From IMG/VR virus record IMGVR_UViG_3300025102_000033, positions 1 through 55,848 of that record: a DNA stretch of 55,848 nt; one strand, written 5' to 3'. Positions within the stretch are counted from its first letter, which is position 1, and each line of letters opens with the position of its first letter. This stretch comes from a virus. Its lineage: Duplodnaviria; Caudoviricetes. Below, one piece after another: positions 7,308 to 13,856 of the stretch. The position numbers and the translations under genes were made by a program. Under the pieces are notes generated by a model, which saw only the letters and a list, made by a program, of their open reading frames with translations, was not told the origin of the DNA and searched no databases.

Positions 7308-7484
7308 ATGAACACTTTCGTCCCTAATCCTCATCTGGAAATGTTAATGAGTCGTGAGCAGTTAATGGAAGATATTGACTGCATTGTTGATGGTGAACTT
7401 AGTGGCATTATTTCTCAGGAATTGAGTGATGAATTGGTGCGGCGTCTATGTGATGCAGTCTGCCGCAATTTCCCTGCTAAGTAA
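7308..7484 (+). CDS. Hypothetical early protein (58 aa, ...MSREQLMEDIDCIV...LCDAVCRNFPAK)
   Basis: Read by hand; lies between two cassettes. Confidence 0.7.
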   Translation: MNTFVPNPHLEMLMSREQLMEDIDCIVDGELSGIISQELSDELVRRLCDAVCRNFPAK

Positions 7485-7492
7485 CAAGAATG

Positions 7493-7550
7493 TGTGCCAG
7501 TCGTAGAGGTGTCCACTAATCTCCCCACTGGCACCAAAATCGTGTATTGT
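7493..7550 (+). promoter_or_regulatory. Early promoter cassette
   Basis: TGTGCCAG-N8-GTGTCCAC (7493-7516), 28 nt, TATTGT (7545-7550); shares CCAAAATCGTGTATTGTA with the 7221 copy. Confidence 0.75.
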
Positions 7551-7573
7551 ATTACAAGTTGAGAAATTCACTC

Positions 7574-7708
7574 ATGTTTGATGAACTTTGGTCTGAAATC
7601 GCTGATGCTCCCGGTGAGATCTTCGATGTGATTGAATACAAAGAAGAATGGGAGAAAGAAGATAAATTCGATGTTGAAGAGTACATTAAAGGAAACACCG
7701 ACTACTGA
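7574..7708 (+). CDS. Small acidic protein (44 aa, MFDELWSEIADAPGEIFD...)
   Basis: Read by hand; follows cassette. Confidence 0.7.
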   Translation: MFDELWSEIADAPGEIFDVIEYKEEWEKEDKFDVEEYIKGNTDY

Positions 7709-7713
7709 AAACA

Positions 7714-7872
7714 ATGAACGAACAACTGCAATCTCAGGCAATTGAAGTGATGGAACTGATTGAAGATTCCGTCGAACATATTTGCACTGAAAACCTCCTA
7801 AGTGGAGAGAAAGTGTGGACAATGATTGCTGCACTTGCTGATGCCAAACTTGAAGAATTTCCTGAAAACTAA
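7714..7872 (+). CDS. Small acidic protein (52 aa, ...ELIEDSVEHIC...SGEKVWT...)
   Basis: Read by hand; coupled to the next ORF by TAATG. Confidence 0.7.
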   Translation: MNEQLQSQAIEVMELIEDSVEHICTENLLSGEKVWTMIAALADAKLEEFPEN

Positions 7873-8108
7873 TGTCTTTCGTTTCCACCTTCGTTGACAC
7901 AAACTCCATGACTGATAACATCATCGACCGTGACAATCTGCAGGATGCTTATATCAGAGCACTGATTGATGGAATGGATTTTAAAACAATGGAAGCATTC
8001 GTTTATGACACAATCAATGAGAATCTTGAGAGTTATTCTATGAAAGAACTGATTGAGGAAGTTGAGAACTATGACCCCGAACTTCTGGAGGAAAGTAACA
8101 CAAACTGA
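7872..8108 (+). CDS. Acidic hypothetical early protein
   Basis: 78 aa ORF (alternative start 7908); ELIEEVENYDPELLE C-terminus. Confidence 0.75.
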   Translation: MSFVSTFVDTNSMTDNIIDRDNLQDAYIRALIDGMDFKTMEAFVYDTINENLESYSMKELIEEVENYDPELLEESNTN

Positions 8109-8118
8109 TCGGCCGCCC

Positions 8119-8176
8119 GTGGACGGTTGGATAGGTGGCACACATTTTTGGCACAGGGTCGGAAACCGTGTATTGT
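8119..8176 (+). promoter_or_regulatory. Early promoter cassette
   Basis: GTGGACGG-N8-GTGGCACA (8119-8142), 28 nt, TATTGT (8171-8176). Confidence 0.7.
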
Positions 8177-8182
8177 AGATGC

Positions 8183-8416
8183 ATGAACAAAACCGACTCA
8201 ATGCACACCTACACCGACCCTTGCACCTATGCTCTGCAGGAGGACATGCGTCAACTAAAGGAAATGATTGCATCAGACCTCTCTCAGTACATGTGCGAAA
8301 TGATGCCTTCCATGAACGATTGCGTTGATTGGGTATGTGATCGTTTTGCAATTGATGCAACTGATGAACTGATTGATTTCGTTGCTGATTGTCACGATGA
8401 GTTCTTCGGTAACTAA
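8183..8416 (+). CDS. Hypothetical early protein (start 8183 or 8201)
   Basis: ORF downstream of cassette; the track start at 8135 lies inside the promoter. Confidence 0.7.
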   Translation: MNKTDSMHTYTDPCTYALQEDMRQLKEMIASDLSQYMCEMMPSMNDCVDWVCDRFAIDATDELIDFVADCHDEFFGN

Positions 8417-8451
8417 CACAAACCTCTCTGTCCTTAAGTAACACAAACATC

Positions 8452-8583
8452 ATGCGTATCTGTCTCTCTGCCATTGTCATCCTGCTGGGTGCGAATCTTC
8501 TCATTGATCTCCTGGATTCTGATATGGTGCAAATCATGCAGGAGCGTAACGAAACAATCCAGCGCAGCATAGACCGGATGTGA
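8452..8583 (+). CDS. Small membrane-anchored protein (43 aa, MRICLSAIVILLGANLL...)
   Basis: Read by hand; N-terminal hydrophobic helix. Confidence 0.65.
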   Translation: MRICLSAIVILLGANLLIDLLDSDMVQIMQERNETIQRSIDRM

Positions 8584-8636
8584 CAGTCGGATTAGTGTCA
8601 CACATTTTTGGCACAGGTCTCAAAATGCCCTATTGT
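8579..8636 (+). promoter_or_regulatory. Early promoter cassette
   Basis: Perfect TGTGACA-N10-TGTCACA (8579-8602), 28 nt, TATTGT (8631-8636); shares CACACATTTTTGGCACAGG with the 8119 copy. Confidence 0.75.
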
Positions 8637-8663
8637 AAAAGAGTCAAAGGAATTCAACCAACC

Positions 8664-8990
8664 ATGCGTAAGATCGAAACCCAGATGAACGAAGCAATCA
8701 CCGATCGCACCGATTGGGGAAAGGACAACACAAGGGTTGAAACGATCGACGGAGTTTCGAAGGTCTTCCTCCACGGGCATCTCATTGCTGAGATCGACGA
8801 CAATGCCATCATCCTGCGTGATGGTGGATATCAGAGCAACACCACTAAGAGCAGACTCAACGCAATCCTAGCAGAGCACGGATACTCTGGCGAAAGCGTG
8901 TTTCAAAAGAACTGGACTTGGTTCGTCCGTCTCTGGACTGGCACCGACTTCACCACCACCGAATTCCGTTCGGGTATGCGACTGGCATAG
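8664..8990 (+). CDS. Conserved phage hypothetical protein
   Basis: MRKIETQMNEAI...VFLHGHLIAEI...GYQSNTTKSRLNA...VFQKNWTW; ATG 8664 after AAGGA. Confidence 0.85.
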   Translation: MRKIETQMNEAITDRTDWGKDNTRVETIDGVSKVFLHGHLIAEIDDNAIILRDGGYQSNTTKSRLNAILAEHGYSGESVFQKNWTWFVRLWTGTDFTTTEFRSGMRLA

Positions 8991-9032
8991 TGGCACACTG
9001 CCACGGCAGAACGACCCCTGACCGACTATTGT
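8990..9032 (+). promoter_or_regulatory. Early promoter cassette (degenerate left arm)
   Basis: GTGGCACA (8990-8997), 29 nt, TATTGT (9027-9032). Confidence 0.55.
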
Positions 9033-9056
9033 AAGAAAACAAACGAACTGAACCAC

Positions 9057-9965
9057 ATGACAAAGATCCTTCACCTTGAGCACCCTGAAGACACCATCCT
9101 CACCGGTGACGATTTATTCCTTCAGTCGCTGCGCCTTAAGGGTGACCTCTCAGTGAAGGTTGACGGAGCACCTGCCATCGTATGGGGAACAAACCCTGCG
9201 ACCGGTAAGTTTTTTGTGGGCACCAAATCTGTCTTCAACAAAGTGAAGATTAAGATTAACGAATCTCATCAGGACATTGATGCAAACCACACCGGTGAGG
9301 TTGCTACTATTCTCCACAAATGTTTTGATTATTTGCCACGTAACGGCGGCATCATTCAGGGAGACTTTATCGGACTCGGTGGGTCTGATGAATACACACC
9401 GAACACAATCACCTATCAGTTCGATGGTATTGTAGATGCTGAAATCATCGTTGCTCCACATACACTTTACACGGCAGAATCTGACCTGCGTGATGCTGTG
9501 GCAGAACCAATGAGGTTCATCATCACCGACACAGTTTACTGTAAGTTCGTGTTTCCCAAGGCATACACTTGGTCCGGTGAATATAACTACGACCACACCG
9601 CGTTTGAGATGCCTCCAATCTTAGACTTGATTCGTCAGGTGTATGCTAAGACCACGTTCGTTACTAACAAGGAAGCAGAACAGATTAAGCGTAATGTGAA
9701 TAAGTCTATTCGCGAAGGTTATCCTATGACAAATGAGGATTTCCTGGGCAATGAGTCACTAATGCACCTCTACGGGTTGATGATAATTTTGAAAGAAGAG
9801 TTGATGTATCAGTGCCGCAATGTAGGTCCCAGGGCATTCATCGGGCAGGATGAAGTCTCTGCAGAGGGTTATGTCTACTCCACGACGTTAGGCACATATA
9901 AGTTGGTCGATCGTCGTCGCTTCAGTGTTGCTAACTTCAACAACACTAAGTTCACAGCAGTGTAA
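9057..9965 (+). CDS. DUF6267-like protein with ligase/nucleotidyltransferase-like motifs
   Basis: HLEHPED, SVKVDGAP (KxDG), IQGDF, EGYV, YKLVDR in the order of covalent nucleotidyltransferase motifs I, III, IV, V. Confidence 0.65.
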   Translation: MTKILHLEHPEDTILTGDDLFLQSLRLKGDLSVKVDGAPAIVWGTNPATGKFFVGTKSVFNKVKIKINESHQDIDANHTGEVATILHKCFDYLPRNGGIIQGDFIGLGGSDEYTPNTITYQFDGIVDAEIIVAPHTLYTAESDLRDAVAEPMRFIITDTVYCKFVFPKAYTWSGEYNYDHTAFEMPPILDLIRQVYAKTTFVTNKEAEQIKRNVNKSIREGYPMTNEDFLGNESLMHLYGLMIILKEELMYQCRNVGPRAFIGQDEVSAEGYVYSTTLGTYKLVDRRRFSVANFNNTKFTAV

Positions 9966-9993
9966 GGATTAGCAGTCGTTCGTTAATACAGCA

Positions 9994-10020
9994 GTCCCCC
10001 CGTTTAAGGGGGGGCGTTTA
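9994..10020 (+). terminator. GC-rich hairpin ending the early region
   Basis: GTCCCCCC-GTTTAA-GGGGGGGC followed by GTTTAT; short U-tract. Confidence 0.55.
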
Positions 10021-10130
10021 TAAAACCGCATGACTCCCCTAACCTACAAAGGTTTCCAAGAGCACGATAAAAATTCAAGAGATATAAAAATTTTTTTCGC
10101 TATATAAAATCAAGTGTAGGGTTCGCGTAT

Positions 10131-10307
10131 ATGCAAAAAAATTCCGAGAAAATTTTTAGTGAAATAGAGGTCGATCCCGTAACCGGAGATTATCACATCA
10201 TAGTGCCAGAGATAATCTTAAATGAAATGCAATGGTACGAAGGCACCAAAATAAGATGGTTGGTGGACGGTAATGAGATTATTCTGACAGAAGAAAAGGA
10301 TTCTTGA
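10131..10307 (+). CDS. AbrB/MazE-fold-like small DNA-binding protein (58 aa)
   Basis: Read by hand: MQKNSEKIFSEIEVDPVTGDYHIIVPEIILNEMQWYEGTKIRWLVDGNEIILTEEKDS; IxP..L..MxWxEG..I.W..DG..IIL fits the swapped-hairpin pattern. Confidence 0.7.
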   Translation: MQKNSEKIFSEIEVDPVTGDYHIIVPEIILNEMQWYEGTKIRWLVDGNEIILTEEKDS

Positions 10308-10332
10308 CAACCGCTATATAATGTTGTATGAT
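10304..10332 (+). promoter_or_regulatory. Sigma70-type promoter
   Basis: TTGACA (10304-10309)-N17-TATGAT (10327-10332). Confidence 0.75.
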
Positions 10333-10355
10333 TCGAAAGTAAAATCGTTATTCTT

Positions 10356-11111
10356 ATGGCAAAAGGATTTACTGTAAAGGCAAAATCGCCGGTTAAAAAA
10401 GCAGCACAAGAGTGGGACTACGACAAGGCAAAAGAAATGGTAAGGGGCAAGGCAATTGTCTTCTGTTTGCCAGGTCGCGGAGTTTCATATACATACTTGA
10501 AGAATTTTGTACAACTTTGCTTTGACTTGGTGCAGTCAGGAGCAAGTATCCAGATTTCGCAGGATTATTCCTCCATGGTAAACTTTGCAAGATGCAAGTG
10601 CCTTGGTGCTAATGTATTGCGTGGTCCGGATCAATTGCCATGGGACGGAAAATTAAAATATGATTATCAGTTGTGGATTGACAGCGATATTGTGTTTAAT
10701 ACTGAAAAATTCTGGCAATTGATTCTCATGGATCAAGACATTGCATCTGGATGGTATGCAACAGAGGATGGCAGAACGACCTCAGTGGCACACTGGATGG
10801 ACGAGGACGACTTCCGCAACAATGGTGGAGTCATGAACCATGAAACAGTTGAAAGCATCTCCAAGCGCAAATCTCCATTCACCGTAGACTATGCCGGATT
10901 TGGGTGGTTGCTCATTAAGCACGGAGTCTGGGAGAATGAGGAGATGAAGTATCCTTGGTTTGCTCCGAAGATGCAAGTCTTCGAAAGTGGCGAAGTACAG
11001 GACATGTGTGGTGAGGATGTCTCATTCTGCCTTGATGCAAAAGAGGCAGGTTACGAAATCTGGTGCGATCCCCGTGTTCGCGTTGGTCACGAAAAGACAC
11101 GGGTTATTTGA
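10356..11111 (+). CDS. GT-A fold glycosyltransferase-like protein, conserved in T4-like cyanophages
   Basis: YQLWIDSDIVF (DxD), AGFGWLLIK, GEDVSFC, VGHEK. Confidence 0.8.
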   Translation: MAKGFTVKAKSPVKKAAQEWDYDKAKEMVRGKAIVFCLPGRGVSYTYLKNFVQLCFDLVQSGASIQISQDYSSMVNFARCKCLGANVLRGPDQLPWDGKLKYDYQLWIDSDIVFNTEKFWQLILMDQDIASGWYATEDGRTTSVAHWMDEDDFRNNGGVMNHETVESISKRKSPFTVDYAGFGWLLIKHGVWENEEMKYPWFAPKMQVFESGEVQDMCGEDVSFCLDAKEAGYEIWCDPRVRVGHEKTRVI

Positions 11112-11113
11112 CA

Positions 11114-11281
11114 ATGACACGTCAAGAATTTCACAGAATTCTTGTGAATGGAAAAATTCTTTATGATCGTTTAGGTATGACAGAATTTTTCGATAGAATG
11201 GATGACCTTGCAATTGAATATTATCAAACAGGTCATCCAGATCCAGGTAGCATTACAACTGAAATTATTACAGAGGACTAG
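11114..11281 (+). CDS. Conserved small hypothetical protein (55 aa)
   Basis: MTRQEFHRIL...MDDLAIEYYQTG; starts 2 nt after the upstream stop. Confidence 0.7.
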   Translation: MTRQEFHRILVNGKILYDRLGMTEFFDRMDDLAIEYYQTGHPDPGSITTEIITED

Positions 11282-11287
11282 TACATT

Positions 11288-11437
11288 ATGGCAGTAAGAT
11301 CAAAAGTCGGACTCAATGGTGAACAAAACATTCAACCGACTCCGAAAAAAACTCGTCAAGGTAAAGGTAAGCACACGAAGTATGCCGCAACATCGCGTAA
11401 CTCGGCTCGTAAGAGGTATCGTGGACAGGGAAGTTAA
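11288..11437 (+). CDS. Small highly basic protein (49 aa)
   Basis: Read by hand: MAVRSKVGLNGEQNIQPTPKKTRQGKGKHTKYAATSRNSARKRYRGQGS. Confidence 0.8.
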   Translation: MAVRSKVGLNGEQNIQPTPKKTRQGKGKHTKYAATSRNSARKRYRGQGS

Positions 11438-11439
11438 GT

Positions 11440-11814
11440 ATGAAACAAGAAATACTTACTTATCTTGCTCCAAGTAAAGTATGTAAGGGTGTTGGTGTTT
11501 TTGCATATATTAATATACCCAAAGACACCAGTATTTTTCCTGTTACAAAGGAGGAGGACTGGTTATTTGTCCCTTGGTCTGATGTAACAGGACGTGCTAG
11601 TAAAAAAATTAAAGAACTTACCTGTGGATCATATGAGGAAGGATTTTATACTGATGTAGATATCAATCGTTTTGATATTTCATATTATATAAATCATTCT
11701 CGTAAACCAAATGTTTATCATGACTCTGAAACAGGTACATTATATGCAATGCGTGATATCAAACAAGGAAAAGAACTTCTACAATATTATCCACCAAATG
11801 AAAGAACGTGGTAA
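11440..11814 (+). CDS. Stand-alone SET-domain protein (putative protein-lysine methyltransferase)
   Basis: GVGVFA (motif I), YINHSRKPNV (NHS), AMRDIKQGKELLQYY (ELxxxY). Confidence 0.9.
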   Translation: MKQEILTYLAPSKVCKGVGVFAYINIPKDTSIFPVTKEEDWLFVPWSDVTGRASKKIKELTCGSYEEGFYTDVDINRFDISYYINHSRKPNVYHDSETGTLYAMRDIKQGKELLQYYPPNERTW

Positions 11815-11839
11815 TAGTAAATAAAATGGAGCACAACTA

Positions 11840-12280
11840 ATGTTTTGTCGCATTCGACTCAAGGACACAAACTATCAGGAATACCATAACTATCGGTTTC
11901 TTGATAGTTCTTCTTATGAACGGTGTTTGAGAATCTATAAAGAGTATGTTGATTATAAGGGATTTGAAGATGTGGTTCCAATCTTTCGTGAAGAGTTTGA
12001 ATTGCCCCATACAGACATCATTGGTTACTATGATGGTAATGAATTAGTTGCTTTCACTCTTGCATATAAGTTCAAGAGTGTCAATAGTGCATGGGGTGAT
12101 CAGTTTGCATGGAATTATAAAAATAAAAAGTTAAGTCTTGGACATATGGCGAATAAGAATGAGATCGCATTATATAAAAGATTAGGTTATGATTATTATT
12201 ATCTGGGTGAATCATCAGATTATAAATCAAAATTAGACGGATACGAAATTTCAGACTTTTTTAAAACATGGCAAAATTAA
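11840..12280 (+). CDS. GNAT-fold protein resembling the C-terminal domain of Arg/Leu-tRNA-protein transferases (ATE1/Bpt)
   Basis: IYKEY..YK, YYDGNELVAF, KLSLG, NEI, GYDYYYLG, YKSKL..YE match ATE_C motifs in order. Confidence 0.7.
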   Translation: MFCRIRLKDTNYQEYHNYRFLDSSSYERCLRIYKEYVDYKGFEDVVPIFREEFELPHTDIIGYYDGNELVAFTLAYKFKSVNSAWGDQFAWNYKNKKLSLGHMANKNEIALYKRLGYDYYYLGESSDYKSKLDGYEISDFFKTWQN

Positions 12281-12924
12281 TCGCAAATCTACCCACCAAG
12301 AAAGTATATGTCAGAAGAGAGTATCTTCGTGATTTTCAAGATGGGCATGGAGAATACGTAGAAGGAATCTGGGTCAGCGCAAAGTCCATACAAGGACGTG
12401 CATTCTACTTTGAGACCTATCTGCCTGAATATGGTGCAATGTTCGATAAACTGCCCATATCGGCGTTCCTAGCACGTCCAGAGAAACCAGATCCTGATAT
12501 GGACCTTGTGAATCTTCAGTTCTGGAATTGTATGGACTATGATTTCACTGTAATTGAAAAGCAATTTGTATCACCGATGGAATGGGAAGTCAGAACAAGA
12601 CACTTTGGTAACATTAAAGGCAGTTATATCTGCACTTTAGACAACTATCACGGAGATTTTAATCAAATCGATGCTTCAACAAGTGAGTTGCCTGATGAAC
12701 ATAAGTCATTTAATCTGATTGAGTTAAGAAATGGTCAGTTTTGCCTATATCCAAACAACAGGTGTCGGATCTATGACACTTCAATGACTCCTGAAAAACC
12801 TAAAATTCCCGATTTTAAGGTATCAACATGTATTTTCCAAACTGAAAACGATACTAACTGGGGAAGACTTGGTGATTGTGACGATTATTTCTGGACAACA
12901 CCCGATGAGAGACAAAAAAAGTAG
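12268..12924 (+). CDS. Conserved T4-like cyanophage hypothetical protein
   Basis: VYVRREYL...YGAMFDKLPISAF...LQFWNC...EHKS.N.I.L.NGQF..YPNNR; usual position upstream of g25. Confidence 0.85.
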   Translation: MAKLIANLPTKKVYVRREYLRDFQDGHGEYVEGIWVSAKSIQGRAFYFETYLPEYGAMFDKLPISAFLARPEKPDPDMDLVNLQFWNCMDYDFTVIEKQFVSPMEWEVRTRHFGNIKGSYICTLDNYHGDFNQIDASTSELPDEHKSFNLIELRNGQFCLYPNNRCRIYDTSMTPEKPKIPDFKVSTCIFQTENDTNWGRLGDCDDYFWTTPDERQKK

Positions 12925-13375
12925 ACATGTTCGGAAATGGATTCGTAATTTATCCAGAGTTAGACCTGAGTTAGGAAACTTTTCATTATGTCCCTTTGCT
13001 TCGACTGCCAATTTTCTGATTATTGAACAGAAATTGGATGAAATTGTTCCATATCCAGATTATGATGTGGTAATTAACATTGTAGAAGATCATCATGAGA
13101 GTGATTACCTTTACAATGCTGTTGACCACTACAATTTAAAGTATAAAGACTACAAATTCATTGCAGATCACGGTAAAACTGATACTTTTATCAACAAAAT
13201 ACAATCCAATAACGGAAAATATAATCTAGTTCTTTTTCAACCACGAAAAGATTTAACTGAGGCAAGAATAAAACTTGCAAAAACCAATTATTATGATTAT
13301 TGGGATAAAGATTACCTTAAAGAAGTTCTTGAAGATGATTATGAAATCGTAAAACAAGAAATAAATAAAAAATAA
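12905..13375 (+). CDS. DUF1415-like protein
   Basis: VRKWI...LGNFSLCPFA N-terminal motif; ATG 12905 is in frame with the track ORF 12869. Confidence 0.55.
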   Translation: MRDKKSRHVRKWIRNLSRVRPELGNFSLCPFASTANFLIIEQKLDEIVPYPDYDVVINIVEDHHESDYLYNAVDHYNLKYKDYKFIADHGKTDTFINKIQSNNGKYNLVLFQPRKDLTEARIKLAKTNYYDYWDKDYLKEVLEDDYEIVKQEINKK

Positions 13376-13427
13376 AGATTATGTGCAACGATTTGAAGGC
13401 AGGGAAGAAAAATCTTCAAGAATAAGG

Positions 13428-13435
13428 TATAAATA
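13428..13435 (+). promoter_or_regulatory. T4-type late promoter
   Basis: TATAAATA 18 nt upstream of g25. Confidence 0.8.
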
Positions 13436-13453
13436 AATAAAAACTCCTTGTAA

Positions 13454-13855
13454 ATGGCAATCCAAAGGATATCAAGAGCATTTAAAGACATTAGTTTGTC
13501 CTTTGATGCACATCCTGTCACCAAAGATCTACTAGTTCTAAAGAATGAAAACGCGATTCGTAGATCGGTGAGGAATATTGTGGAAACTATCCCAACAGAA
13601 AGGTTTTTTAATTCATTATTTGGATCTGAAGTTAGGGATAGTCTATTTGAATTTGTAGATTTTGGTACTGCATCAGCAATTCAAAATCAAATTTTAGTTT
13701 CACTTGAAAATTTTGAACCAAGAATTGGAAATGTAGAGGTAAATGTTTTTCCTCGTCCAGATCAAAATTCATTCAATGTAACTGTTATATTTGATATTAT
13801 TGGTCAGGAGTTTCCAACTCAAGAATATTCGTTCCTATTAGAGGCAACAAGATAA
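13454..13855 (+). CDS. g25: Baseplate wedge subunit gp25
   Basis: FKDISLSF.AHPVT.D...NENAIRRSVRN...ERFFN...FEPRI. Confidence 0.95.
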   Translation: MAIQRISRAFKDISLSFDAHPVTKDLLVLKNENAIRRSVRNIVETIPTERFFNSLFGSEVRDSLFEFVDFGTASAIQNQILVSLENFEPRIGNVEVNVFPRPDQNSFNVTVIFDIIGQEFPTQEYSFLLEATR

Positions 13856-13856
13856 T

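Noticed and set aside
7869-8570. 233-aa minus-strand ORF
   Set aside because: Shadow of three + strand early genes and a promoter cassette; no recognisable motifs
8579-8602. CRP or NtcA box interpretation of TGTGA...TCACA
   Set aside because: Spacing is N14 rather than CRP's N6, it does not match NtcA GTA-N8-TAC, and other copies use TGTGCC/GTGGAC arms
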